Assembly (NCBI GenBank): GCA_012026655.1
Contig: JAAILG010001558.1
Coordinates: 1-64,000 of the forward strand
Direction: 5' to 3'
DNA: 64,000 bases
DNA from: Hydrolagus affinis
Taxonomy: Eukaryota
Under the pieces are notes generated by a model. That model saw only the letters and a program-made list of their open reading frames with translations, was not told the origin of the DNA and searched no databases. A program made the translations under genes and the position numbers. Every line of letters begins with the position of its first letter. The stretch's first letter is position 1. Shown here one piece after another: positions 1 through 11,770 of the stretch.

Positions 1-205
1 AGCCAGGTGCGTTCAACTGCTCTCACTTGGCTTTTGAGGGAGCGGAGGTGAGGTGTGTACCACGGTGATGATCGGGAGTGGGAGACGGTTTTGGAGGTGA
101 GGGGGGCCAGGGTGTCGAGGGTAGTGGAGAGGGTGTTGTGGAGGGCGGTGGAGGCGGAGGATGGGTCGGTGATGTTTCACATGCTGAGAGGGTTTACCAC
201 GCATA
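1..205 (-). mobile_element. L2-clade LINE fragment
   Basis: Purine-rich plus strand; reverse strand encodes KHHRPI...LHWLP-like RT C-terminal remnant. Confidence 0.6.
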
Positions 206-261
206 AGACTTTTTCATATAGTCTATCCTGTTTTTAACACTTATTCATATCCATATCTCAC

Positions 262-770
262 CTGGCAGTGACTAACCAAAGATTGACCATACCCTTTCTT
301 CATGTATAGATTATTGCCCGGTCCTGTAGTAAATTGATCTTTGTGCTGATTATCTAGGCTCCTCACATTCCTCATTGAGGGAGATGGCAGTGGCGGATTC
401 TCCTTTGAACCACTAATGTTTCTGTGAAATACTTCAGTTGAGTTCTTCCCAAGGTCTTTGTGGTTGTTTTTCAGTAAATCAAAATCCTTACTTTCGACGG
501 CTTCCTGTTCTTCCACATTGTCGGATCGTGATCCCAAAGTGATAGAGACTGGGTCCATTTCGCTGTCAAATCTATGTGTTTCTTCTGCCTGAAATCCTTT
601 GTTATGGTTTACGTAGAAAATTGTACCAGTGTTACTGGAAGTACTGGTAAAGTAGCTGCTGTCACTGCTGGAGCGAGTCATTGGTTTGGGAGTTTTTTTG
701 CTGAAGGTTTTATCAGTGCATTTTTCGTAAGTTTGTTTTCTGTCCCACCATGGTTTATTTTTCTTTCCTT
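262..770 (-). CDS. IL16: IL16 exon: low-complexity linker (EGKKNKPWW...MTRSSSDSSY...SHCQ)
   Basis: Acceptor TAG|AAG (NAGNAG, alternative start 767), donor CAG|GTGAGA; 509 nt, phase 1 to 0; RSSSDSSY motif shared with human. Confidence 0.9.
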
Positions 771-1369
771 CTATACAAAAACAGTCAGAATTATCAGGAA
801 TGCTGTTATTGTGGAAGCATAAAATACTCCTGACCAAACTTATGGAATGTATTGGATCATTTCAGACAGGGACAATGCCAGCACATCTTAGTCTGCATTT
901 AAGGCTGAAACAAGTTTTTAAAAACAAGTAAATATTTTGACCTTACTTGTACAGCGCACACTCAATGATAAGTCATCAATGTGCAATCTGTCATATACCT
1001 GATATCTATTCCAGACACAGTCGCTTACCTTCAAGCATTCTCTGTAGCCTTAAGTTTGCCTCTTAATGAAATAGTGACTTGATAAATAATGTAGTTTGAG
1101 AGGTGTGAGAAAGTCAAGTCATCTTGCAGTAACGACTTTGCAAAACTCCATTAGAAACCAGGGCAAGTTCTGAAGCATCCAGAACTAAAGTCAATCTTTA
1201 CTTTGCTGCACTGTTTTGTCTTTTGATAATGATTCTTTTGAGTGTTGCCAAATGTGCAAACAATCCCGAATTGTCTCTGAAGCTTCTCTGAGTATTGTTT
1301 AAACTCCCTCTAACCTCTTTTAAATTATCTCACAGAACTTATCTCACATCTACGTCTCTTTTGACATAC

Positions 1370-1457
1370 CTTCTGTATTCCATTGACAATTGTCCTTATT
1401 AAATTTGCCATTTTCAAAAGTTTGTAAAATTGCTTCATTGAACTGCTGTTCAGAGAT
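1370..1457 (-). CDS. IL16: IL16 exon ISEQQFNEAILQTFENGKFNKDNCQWNTE
   Basis: CAG| and |GTATG; 88 nt, phase 0 to 1; matches human [30 protein letters not shown]. Confidence 0.93.
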
Positions 1458-2088
1458 CTGCAGATACAAATGAGCTCATTAAGCATTTCAAACACTAACA
1501 CTGAAATTAAATTGTGGGAGTAATGATCAAAATCATTAAACATTATTAACTTAAGACCCATAAACATCTTTAATATTGATGTGAATCCTCTTGACATTTA
1601 TCCATTAATTACAAATCATAACATTTTACCACAAAATAGGACTGTGTTACATCAGTAGCATTTTCACAGAACATTAAAGGGGAAATATGATTGTTCTTAG
1701 TGCTATCCATTTCTTGTATTCTATTCTCTATTTCTTTTAAATGTGCCTCCTAGTAACAGTTCAAAAACATTTTATTTTTCCAAAAACAGTAACCATAAGT
1801 GCATCACAAAACGGGAGATCAGGTTCCTGCTTCTGATCACTCTGCGGCAACCTCCGCTGGAACATCTGTGTGGGTGGACATCAACTATGATAACCTCCTC
1901 TGCTCCAATTACCCATCATTTAATTGTTTGCCTAACCTCCTTTGGTTGCTGTGGTGCCTGTGGAACCAGACTCTATCGTGAACATCTTCAGCAGAGTGCA
2001 AACCAGCAAAGGGAACACTACATTGTTAACTTGTAAAACTCTTTCCCCTGTGTTGCATGAATTCACTGCACCTTCCTTGCTTTCTTAC

Positions 2089-2221
2089 CTGAGGGTTTGG
2101 GTGCCGGCTAATGATGAGATCGATGGGTCCGGATTTGCACTGCTGCAGAAGGGCATGTGTTTCATTCAAAGTCATATTGTGAAAATTTATTGTATTAATT
2201 TCTAAGATCTGATCACCACAC
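2089..2221 (-). CDS. IL16: IL16 exon, second PDZ C-half (CGDQILEIN...ISRHPNPQ)
   Basis: TAG| and |GTAAG; 133 nt, phase 2 to 0; GDQILEIN PDZ signature. Confidence 0.95.
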
Positions 2222-2449
2222 CTACAACATAAAGAAAACTGCAATGAAAAGATTTACAAATTTGACCACAAAATTGTTTATTTATCTCGGTCTCTGTACG
2301 CATAATGAAGGGATGATGCAGTGGCTCTGGCCGTCAATAGCCAATTTTCTAGGAATCTCACAAATCTGTACAGTTTACTGCGGGGAAATAGAAACTGGAA
2401 CTTTTATGGGAATGGTTGAACTTCTACGGGTTCTGTCTGAGATGTTTTG

Positions 2450-2726
2450 AAAAATCGCATTGTTCCAAACTCTCACAGAATCAGAAAAACCAAATCAAAA
2501 ACATTCTATTCCAGTGAGCAAGGGGTAAATGTATGGAATAAACTCCCTGGTGAAAGCAGAAGTGTCAATTCTTTCGAAAACACGTTAGATAGATTTCTTT
2601 CAGGAAATAATATCTTGGGACACACTATATAGTTTGGGACAAGACATATGTATGTTATTGGCAGGATGGTGGAATGTGAACTGGATGGACTTTGGCCTTC
2701 TATTGTCTAACAATTCTTATGTTCTT
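2450..2726 (+). mobile_element. CR1-clade LINE 3' end
   Basis: FYSSEQGVNVWNKLP...FENTLDRFL; tail TTCTTATGTTCTT. Confidence 0.75.
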
Positions 2727-2758
2727 TTCTGCGTGTGTCAAAGTCAGCCAAATCTTAC

Positions 2759-2876
2759 CTGAGTCTTCCATCCAGATGAGCCACTGATCCGGGAGAGAGT
2801 GTGTGGATGTAAATGCCAGGAACCTCCTGGTGCATAAACACAGTGCACAGTCCTATTCCCAAACCAACACCATGCT
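2759..2876 (-). CDS. IL16: IL16 exon, second PDZ N-half ([40 protein letters not shown])
   Basis: CAG| and |GTAAG; 118 nt, phase 1 to 2; close to human GVGLGIGLC...[16 protein letters not shown]. Confidence 0.96.
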
Positions 2877-2960
2877 CTGAAACATACACACTGACATTTT
2901 CAGTAACTGTTCCTTGTCTTTCAAAATCACCCTCTTTTTATTCAATAATAACAAATATTC

Positions 2961-3230
2961 ATAATAATAATCCTTGCATTTGATATAGCGCTTTTATGTC
3001 TTCTAGACATCTCAAAGTTCTTCACAGAATACACCGTAAAGTGAATTGACCATATATTTGTGGGCGAAACATGGCAGGGCACAGCAATGTTCCACAAACA
3101 TTGTCCTAGTGTGTTGAAGTGACCAATCTATTATTGTTTTTTTCTTTGGGGATTATTATGAGACATGTAAAGGAGATATGCCAAGGTTTTCGCCCTGCCT
3201 AAAATCAAACCTAGGTCTCTCATTTGAGTT
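2961..3230 (-). mobile_element. tRNA-derived SINE, diverged
   Basis: (AAT)n CCTTGCATTTGATATAGCGC tail plus family body. Confidence 0.8.
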
Positions 3231-3459
3231 CATTTGAGTGGACACCAATTTCCCAGTTTCTTTTCCCCCACAACATCCCTTAATGTTTTTAATGGCTCTG
3301 TTGCTCATCTAGTATTCCTTTGAATGATTTTAATGATTTCAGGAGAAAGAAATTGCTTCAATCTGTTCAAATCAACCCGTCAACTTTTATTGTTATTGGG
3401 CAATTCTATCGGGTGTGGTATTGCTGAAATGTTACTGCTGGATTATTCTTTGCAATTAC

Positions 3460-3685
3460 CTTTGTGTAAGGTGACCTCCATAATAATTCTATCATTGGGA
3501 CGTGTCGCCTTTAGAAGGGAGGGAGTGTTATCCAATTCAGAGCTGGAGTAGCTTCCCCTGCTCACGTAACTGTGGGAACTCAGGGACCAGGAACGGCTCA
3601 CGTGTGCTGTTGAGTGACTGTGGGTGAGGCTGGGGCTTCTTAGACATGTCCTGACTGTCAGTGTGAGTACACCTTTCTTTATTTG
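3460..3685 (-). CDS. IL16: IL16 exon (QIKKGVLTLTVRT...RIIMEVTLHK)
   Basis: CAG| and |GTAATT; 226 nt, phase 0 to 1; end of first PDZ, linker and start of second PDZ. Confidence 0.94.
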
Positions 3686-3772
3686 CTGTATTAAAGAATG
3701 GAGGAAAACAGTTTCATTAAGGTCTTCTTTGGTTAAGATGGTGAAATTACGCGCGAGGAAACACAGACTTAC

Positions 3773-3846
3773 CTTAAATGTTTGTATGGCCTCGTCATGG
3801 GTCAAATCAATCATGGTAACTCCATTCACCTCAAGTATTTCATCCC
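3773..3846 (-). CDS. IL16: IL16 exon (GDEILEVNGVTMIDLTHDEAIQTFK)
   Basis: CAG| and |GTAAG; 74 nt, phase 1 to 0; GDEILEVNG PDZ motif. Confidence 0.96.
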
Positions 3847-4304
3847 CTGCACAGTGAAAGATCAATACTTTGAAGACAATATTATATGTGATAATATTAG
3901 AAATCTATAGCCAATTTTTTTTCCTTCAGTGTAAAATCTGCTTGTTTCAACTACAATTTACTACAGTTGATGATGGCAATCGTCTTTTGATAGAAGACCT
4001 GCAGGAGCAGATCCCTTTCTATACCAGATTTTCCATTTATTTTTCTTCTTGTGTGGCTTTATTGAGTCAATTGCCAAATTAATCATACAGAAAGCCTTTC
4101 TCTTTTCCATTGCAACCCGGAACCAAGGAACTTGATTCAGAGTCCACTCCGAGACACTACCCCATGTGAAGGGGGCTATATAAATGCAAGCTATTGTTGT
4201 TCAAACTATTGTAACTTGGAAGGACCCCCTTGATAACAGTGTTGATGATTAAAGAAAGATACAGCCTCAGTTATTCGCAGAGCTGGAGTAGAGCTGGAAG
4301 ATAC

Positions 4305-4419
4305 CTTCTCGGAGCCTGCCATCAGCAGCTGCTGTTCCATTGGGGTAAATTGTCTTCACAAAGATTCCCATTGGTCCGTAAACACTGTCTCTTCCTCCTA
4401 CCACACTGAAGCCAAGCCC
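4305..4419 (-). CDS. IL16: IL16 exon, first PDZ GLGF loop ([38 protein letters not shown])
   Basis: CAG| and |GTATC; 115 nt, phase 0 to 1; GLGF carboxylate-binding loop. Confidence 0.96.
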
Positions 4420-4631
4420 CTGCAGGTATAAGAGCTGTTAGACTTTTGAAAATCAACTCAGATCGTAACCATCACATAGCAATGTTTCCTTGCACCATTT
4501 TGCCTCTGAGATCACCTGTGCATCTAATGCCAGAGGCTGGAATCTATTTAATTAGCAGCTCTAAAATTATGGCATTTGTTTTAACTTTTTTTTAACGTAT
4601 TTACTTAGATTATTAATTATGAAAGGCTTAC

Positions 4632-4742
4632 CTTGCCTTGACCTTTCATCAAAACAATGTTTGAAATGACTGATGGCTGAGCATTGCCGCTCGAATGGAT
4701 TAAATGAGCTGAACTTAAAGACCAAGCAGCTCGTGTGACATT
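4632..4742 (-). CDS. IL16: IL16 exon (NVTRAAWSLSSAHLIHSSGNAQPSVISNIVLMKGQGK)
   Basis: CAG| and |GTAAG; 111 nt, phase 0 to 0; SVISNIVLMKGQ shared with human. Confidence 0.95.
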
Positions 4743-5719
4743 CTGTGGGAAATCACATGGGTAACATTTTTTACAAGTACAAGAGAGTCCCGTAACCCTT
4801 AGAAACCAGCCGACTTGAAACCATTTGGGTGAAATTTGTGGCATTTTGTTCCATGTTCTGTGGGATAATTATCAAAGGAAATACATTTGAAACATTCGCA
4901 CCCATTCTTCACTGCATTGAGTTAGTGGTCAAAGGAAACTCACTGTTTTTGTGCAAATAAGGTACTTTATTCTGTAGTGAGGTGGCCCTAGTAAGCAGAT
5001 ACCGCTAACTAGTCGTAACTAACTGTAACCTGACCTGCATCTCCAAGGTTCCAATGAGGAAGCCAGTGACAGATGCAATAGGCTCTATCATATCAGGTCT
5101 GTCTTTCCAATTCATATGGAGGGAGAAATAGATCAGCGGTATCTATAATTGAAGCATTATTTGCTTTTGTTTTCCTCTGCAGTAAGTGGAGGTTAATACT
5201 TTACATCCAAAGTCCTCCCGATGTGAATAATACTATCTAAATGTAAATTAGATTGTAAAAGGAGTAAAATTGCAATCTATTTAAGAAATATTGCTAAAAT
5301 GTGTTGATACTTTATGGCCACTCTCTATGTGGATGTAGCTGGTTGAACTCCGGCGGTACCTCCAACTCACACTCTGGGATCCCCAAGCCAAACTTCACCT
5401 TATATTTCTCTCATCATAACAAAGGCCTCTCTTACCCTTTGTCCGCCCACTCCGTTCTAAGAAGCAGGCTGCTCAATATGGCATCCTAGCACTCTGGAAG
5501 CTAACCAGCACAAAGGACGCTATATAAACACAAGATTCAATGGGATCCTTACAGTGTAAGGCATAACTATTGATATAGTTGGCCGCACACGAAGGCTACA
5601 AAATGAAAAGAAAATATGGGAGACATATGGAGTAAGATCTGAATTAACGCAGGTCCTTCTATGACATTTCTTCCCTGTGTTCCCTTCCATTTCCTGAATG
5701 TATGTAGACAACAGCTTAC

Positions 5720-5862
5720 ATGTGCACCTCCTGTAGATTCCAGCTGTTGAGATAGGGACTTCCTGTTGCCGCAAAGTGAATGGGTTTGAGTATTCCTACA
5801 GAGAGCTTGTTTCGTGGCAACCAGAGAATCAACATCTTTCTCCATCCAGAATGAGCTTACAC
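5720..5862 (-). CDS. IL16: IL16 exon (GVSSFW...SLCGNRKSLSQQLESTGGAH)
   Basis: CAG| and |GTAAGC; 143 nt, phase 1 to 0; SLCxNRKSLSQQL motif. Confidence 0.93.
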
Positions 5863-6452
5863 CTGCCAAAAACACACACAAGTTTGAGGAACAGAAGTGG
5901 CCGGGTCAGAGAAGGTGGCCTGTTATTAATAGCACATTGAGATTATGGGAAATGCAGAACATATTTGGGTGATGACTACAGATTTAAAATCAAGAAATGA
6001 ATTGTCGGCATCCTGAGTTTCATGTTATGAGAATAACCATGAGAGCAAAGTCGGGTGAACGGAGTTGAGGTACAGATCAGCCATGATTGAACAGAATGGC
6101 GGAACAGGCTTGAGGGGAATGAATAACAAAGAAATTGCCACTTAGTCTTGGTAAAGCTCCGAAAGAAACAGACGTCGCTGAAATATTCCAGCTCTCTGAC
6201 TCTGCCACTAAAACGTAGGTTAAATGTTCACGAGCACTGAGGGAAGCAATGAACAAGCAAAGAAACGAAGGACTTTAGGCGCTCAGTGTAAGTAGTGGGA
6301 GGTGTTTGTAGCTCCTTGGATTCCAGTCACAGTCAGTGGTTCATGTCATCCATTGTTCAAGGAACAATGTCACCAACAACTGTTTCAAGTTGACATTTGC
6401 CTTCAATTTTCTCCTCCCTTCTCTCCTCCCACTGATTCATCCTGCAATTTAC

Positions 6453-6564
6453 CTGTTGAATTACACCGAACCCTTTGACCAGAAGCACCAGTCTGCGGGC
6501 AGCGAACTTTAAAATGCTTTCCTTTTTCAAACCTAGGTTCACCATCATCTTCTGTATTGTCCTC
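6453..6564 (-). CDS. IL16: IL16 exon (EDNTEDDGEPRFEKGKHFKVRCPQTGASGQRVRCNST)
   Basis: TAG| and |GTAAAT; 112 nt, phase 0 to 1; QRVRCNST resembles human QRARSNST. Confidence 0.85.
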
Positions 6565-6965
6565 CTACAGAAAACAAAACCCAGATGTTTAACAACTGTT
6601 CAGTTAATCCTGATGTTACTATGCAAATCTTAGACACATACTATTGCATGGCTTTGTTTTTACTAACTCACTTCAGTTTGGTGAACTCCACCTTTATAAA
6701 GTTACAAAAGCTATCGTTGTTGATATTGTACGAGCACATTTCATTAGAAATGTTTGAATTTAAAAATGTGATGTTTAACAGATTTTAATCACATCAAAAT
6801 GTGTTGAGAAGTGTCACAGTTTTTCTTCTCTTGGAATTTTTTGATGCAATATTATTATTTTGTTTTATCGATAAATACACATTTTTTAATTTTATAAAGC
6901 CTTGTAAAATGATTTGAGAGTAAAAGTTACACAAGGATAGAAAACTCTGATCGACACGTAATAAC

Positions 6966-7090
6966 CTTAGTGTAGCTGTTTGCAATGATATCTTTAGTAA
7001 GCCGTGTCTCCGAACTTTCATCGTCGTCACCAGCAGGGGGCACATTGGCTGAACCAGCGCATTTATCCAGCAGCTTACACTCCCAGGGTC
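6966..7090 (-). CDS. IL16: Possible additional IL16 exon (xPWECKLLDKCAGSANVPPAGDDDESSETRLTKDIIANSYTK)
   Basis: Good acceptor TTTTACAG|, donor AAG|GTTAT; open in phase 1 to 0 and more GC-rich than flanks; requires an upstream phase 0 to 1 partner exon. Confidence 0.5.
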
Positions 7091-8380
7091 CTGTAAAATG
7101 CTAAAGTAAAGCAAAAATTACACTTCTAACTGAGGGAAAGCGATAAAGATTGTAATCAATACCCAGCTGGTTAAAAGCTGAGGAACAAGCATTTCCCGGC
7201 TCTATATCTGGCACATTATTAAAGTGTGTCCAGTACTCTGTAAACTTAGCAATACTAATGCATTGTTTTATGTTTTACTGCTGGGATATATCGCAGGTCT
7301 TGAGTTTCTGTTGTACAGTCTCCTTGTAAATGTTTTGCTGAGGCACCATGGATTTCTTCAGATAACCTACATTCTACTTACTTGGTACCTGCAAGACAAG
7401 TACTGCAGGGAAGATTGATCACTGTACATGGGGAGGCTGGAAACTGCACAGTCATTTCAGATATGGACATCGTTAAAGAAAATGCTTTGTGTTTGTCTGA
7501 ACTTTCCATTAAACATGTGTTTTGATCCTTTTTTTGTAGCATAAAGTCTCACCATCAATCAAAACGGTATAATGGCTATCATGTGTTGTATTGTACTCTA
7601 CCAAAACATTTAAAATATAACTTTTAATGTAATTTTTTATAAATATACTATGCTATGTTCATTTTATGGGCTATAGTGTATTATCAAAATACAGATAGAA
7701 GCAACACCCATCCACAAAATAGGCCATAAAATAAGTGACAAAAGACACACTTCCTATTGCAAAGGTGTGAATTCATTGTGATTGCGGTAACAATGACTAC
7801 TTTGCAGCAACTCCATTAATTGCCACAGAATCATCGAAGCTTACAGCACAGAAGAAGACCATTTGGCCCATCATGTCAGTGCTGGCTATTTTAAAGAGCA
7901 ATCCTGTCGACATGCATTCTCTTTTACTTTAATAATAAAACTATAACTTTTATTTTGTTTTGTCACATAGGCCAACAAATTAGGTCAATCCAGGTCTGAT
8001 TTCCTGTAACCGATGGAACATATCTTTACAGTCCCAAGACCACGTGTGAGAACAGTATTTTAACATAAACATTTTACCACATTTTTGGCCACAGAAAGTA
8101 AAACTCCAAAGAAATAACTCTTTCATTGGATACATCTCTCCCACTGCAGTGGTGAGCTTTATTATGGTGGGAATATTCACCCCCACAGCCTGACCTCATT
8201 CCCTGACTACCTCCCATGGTAACTTGAATAAGAGTGCTGCATCCGGCCTGATGTAACACTTCTCTTGGCTGAGCCAGAGTGGAACAGGCAAGGATTTATC
8301 TTAAAGGCTTGACTCCTTTTTTTAAAACTTAAGCATAATTCTTAAATGAAAACTAGAAACGTGATTTTTTCTAAAAAAAA

Positions 8381-8669
8381 TAATCCTTGCATTTGATATA
8401 GCGCTTTTCACGTCTTCTAGACATCTCAAAGCGCTTCACAGAATATACTGTATAGTGAATTGATTGTATAATTGTGGGCGAAACGTGGCAGCAAATTGCG
8501 TATAGCAGTGTCCCACAAACAGTCGTGGATTAAAATGATCAATTTATTATTTTTTTTTGTTGGAAGGATTATTTTTAGGCATGTGGAGTAAGGAAACATG
8601 CCAAGGTTTCACCCTGCCTGGATTCGAAACACAAGTCTCATACTTGTAACCACTGAGCTACAGGACTCC
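8381..8669 (-). mobile_element. tRNA-derived SINE, same family
   Basis: Reverse complement of family consensus, ending ...GAGCTACAGGACTCC. Confidence 0.88.
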
Positions 8670-9364
8670 AATGGAGAATGGAGCCTTTCGGCAGAAGTAT
8701 CCAACAGAGATTTCAGTTTGCTTTTTGAAATTAATCAGTGTATATTTAATAACTTTGTTTGTAACTTGATAGGTTTTCACTAAGCTGAAATAGTACAAAA
8801 TTTTAATAAATTCAGGCAGGTTAGTTTTAGCACCAGTAAAAGCTCTGGGCGGCACTCAAAAAAAAGGTGACCATTGCCCCACAAAATAATTGCTGCTTAA
8901 CACTAGCTGCAACTTGAGGGTGTGGCACTCATAATTTGCAGAAATGATGGACGGTGCCAAAAGCTGCACGTATCTCACCCCACAGCCGCGCTCAAAGACA
9001 GAAACCCATGAATCCGTGTAGTGGAGGCAGAGAGGGTTAAACAAAAATATCCCTTGTCATAAGGAAAAAAAAAATTCTATACGCATTCAGAAAGCTGAAC
9101 AAAATAAGTAAGGGGTGAAAATGTAATGTAATGCTTTGTTGAACAAAAGCCCAATAAGTTTCATTTGGTGGCTGGTCCACGGGTTTGCCCTCACTCACCA
9201 CTCCAACACAATTGTTCACAATAGTTCAGCTTGAACCAACTACGCTGGCCATTGGACATTTTATATTTTATTTTTGAAGGGATTATTACCCATGCAAAGC
9301 AATCCGCCAATCGTCTAACAACTGGGTTCCTAATTACTGCTAGGTAAACAGAGGAGCGTTTGAC

Positions 9365-9883
9365 TTGCTCTGCTTTCCCTCACATCTGCAACATTGCCCA
9401 ACTCCCCCACAATCTCGTCCCTCATGACACTGAAACTCTCATTCATGCCTTCATCACATCCAGGCTCGACTACGCCTTGCTTGTCAGCCTTCCCAACTCC
9501 TCCCTCCATAGGCTGCAGATCATCCGTTCTGCGGCCCTTGTCCTCTGCCAACCCAAGCTCCATTACCCCATCTCCCCCATTCTCACCTGACTCCATTTGA
9601 TCCCGATCACCCAGAGGATTCAATTCAAGACCCTGGTCCTCACCTGCAAAGCCCTCCATGGCCTTGCCCCACCCTACCTCTGTGACCTCCTAACCCCTAC
9701 TAACCCTCCTTCAAGTCCCGCCTCAAAAATTTCCTCTTGAATAGTCCTATCAATCACCCCAAATATCCTCCTTTCCCTCCACCCTCCCTGATTCTACTTG
9801 GGTCTGAAACATTGACTGTCCAGCACCTTGGGACATCCTCGCTATGTGCAAGGCGCTATATAAATGTAATTTTGTTGTTGTTG
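9365..9883 (+). mobile_element. L2-clade LINE 3' fragment
   Basis: ETLIHAFITSRLDY...LHRLQ...PISPIL RT C-terminal motif; tail GGCGCTATATAAATGTAATTTTG(TTG)n. Confidence 0.85.
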
Positions 9884-9885
9884 AA

Positions 9886-10009
9886 TGTGAAGTAAGGAAA
9901 CTTTACTCAATATTTTGTGATATGCCCATCATTTCACCCTGCCCGGGATTCGAGCCAGTGTCCTCTTGCTTGCGAGGCAAGTGATCTAACCAAAACACTG
10001 CAGGACTCC
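9886..10009 (-). mobile_element. tRNA-SINE 5' half
   Basis: GGATTCGAGCC reverse B box; ends CAGGACTCC. Confidence 0.7.
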
Positions 10010-10973
10010 ACAAATAAGTTATTCTAAAGTGTTCCTTTCCATCCAAATCTGTTGAAAGTTTTTTTTTCTCTGAATCTGGAGAGCTAGAAGAAAATGTTCA
10101 ATCTTTCCCTTCTCCCCCATCCCCTGCCCTCCTGATTTTACTCTGACCCCTGCAGACATCTGCTATTTATTAGGGCAGCACCATGCAGCAACAAATCAGC
10201 CACTGATCTAGGAAGTGAAAGCTTTCCTGTACATTGTAATCAGGCGGACTATATTTAGATTTTACATACCGTGCCTACATATTGTCAGTTAGTAATTTGT
10301 CTGCAACATCTTTGACGGATCAGACCTAAGGTTCTTGTGTAACATTGAATGTCTCCAGTGTGACACACCAAGAATTCCGTCTAGCTCTCAGCATCAGCAA
10401 TGCCAAAACATAGTCATCACATTGAAATAAATTAAAGCATTGACTGTCCGGGGCCTTGGGACGTCCTCCTGACGTGAATGTATAAATGTAATGTTGTTGT
10501 TGTTGGCGAGTGTGGAGTAAGGAACTCAACGTTTTGTGATATGCCTGAGGGATGAGGTAGTGGCGGAATCGGGCAATGTTGCAGAGGGAGGGAAGGCAGA
10601 GCGGGGCAAACAATTCTGCAGAGATTTATAGTTGCAGTTATCGCTGACCATCTATAGAAGCACAGAATTTGGGAATAAAAGTACAGTAATAAGAAAGCCT
10701 GCTGAAATTGTTCTTGTAAATAAAATGCTATTCATTAAAGCAAGATGCATCGGCTGGACACATAACTTATATTTATCTTTTTTACTGGTTGTTATATGTG
10801 CGGGGTAGTGGGGGGGGAATTGCAACAGGAAATGGTTGTTCACCCAATAAACCATCATTTTTATTGGTATCAATCCTGGCTCCCTGTAGTAAGTTGTCAG
10901 CTGGACTGGTTACAATTGGCATTCAATCATGTTGCATTATCACAAAATGATTGAATGAGTTTGTGGAACTTAC

Positions 10974-11097
10974 ATTGCAAGAAGCGTTCAGATTCACAAA
11001 GCCTTTTGTTGACTGGATCAGAAGATCATTCTCTTTCAGCAAATATTCAGTAAATGACTGTCCTTGTAGATTGTGTCCAGGCTTCAGTTGTCTGTCC
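10974..11097 (-). CDS. IL16: IL16 exon, degenerate PDZ C-half (DRQLKPGHNLQGQSFTEYLLKENDLLIQSTKGFVNLNASCN)
   Basis: TAG| (weak pyrimidine tract) and |GTAAGT; 124 nt, phase 2 to 0; aligns by eye to PDZ C-half pattern DGRLxxGDEL..NG..L..LSH.EA...L.S..G.V.L.V. Confidence 0.7.
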
Positions 11098-11170
11098 CTA
11101 TTCGAAACAATTTTTTTTTTTCAATCTAGTGCTTTATTTGACAAAGAGAAGTTTATTAACAATCAATTGT

Positions 11171-11468
11171 GGAGTCCTGTAGCTCAGTGGTTAGAGCACT
11201 CGTCTTACAAGTGAGAGACCTGAGTTCGATTCCAGGCAGGGCGAATTGGGCAAGTTTCCTTACTCCATACGCCTGATAATAATCCCTTAAAGAATACCAA
11301 TAGTAAATTGGTCATTTCAATCCACAATTGTTTGTGAGACATGGCTGTGCGCAATTGGCTGCCGCATTTCACCCACAATATATACAGTCAATTCACTTTA
11401 CAATAGATTCTGTGAAGCGCTTCTGTGAAGACATGAAAAGAGCTATATCAAATGCAAGGATTATTATT
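11171..11468 (+). mobile_element. tRNA-derived SINE, near full length
   Basis: A box TAGCTCAGTGG, B box GTTCGATTCC, shared body (GGGCAAGTTTCCTTACTCC...GCAATTGGCTGCCGC), L2-like tail ending (ATT)n. Confidence 0.9.
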
Positions 11469-11770
11469 CTTGATAACTCTCCAGTAAGATTTCTGTATTT
11501 TTGTATTTGTATTCTGTTTTTGCCTATAAGTACACGCTCACTTGCACTGCATAATGAAAATCCGGTGAAGCATTTTGAAATGTTATGATGACATGATACG
11601 TAAGGTACAATGTCAAATGCAAGCATTATTATTATTTGTTCTGCATCATTTTTTAACAAGGGGGAAAAAATTGATATTCAGCAGCTTACACTAATATTTA
11701 TGAGTAAATGGCACCTTACACCTGCCATTGTCACTTCTAAATTTATCCTTATAGTTGTGTCTTGGTTTGA

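Noticed and set aside
8074-8300. ORF 8074-8259 as an IL16 exon
   Set aside because: No recognisable homology, poor acceptor and several ambiguous donors
11171-11243. tRNA-like sequence with A and B boxes, also at 8600-8669, 31104, 35630-35703 and 45556
   Set aside because: Each continues into the same SINE body and tail, so these are SINE heads and not tRNA genes
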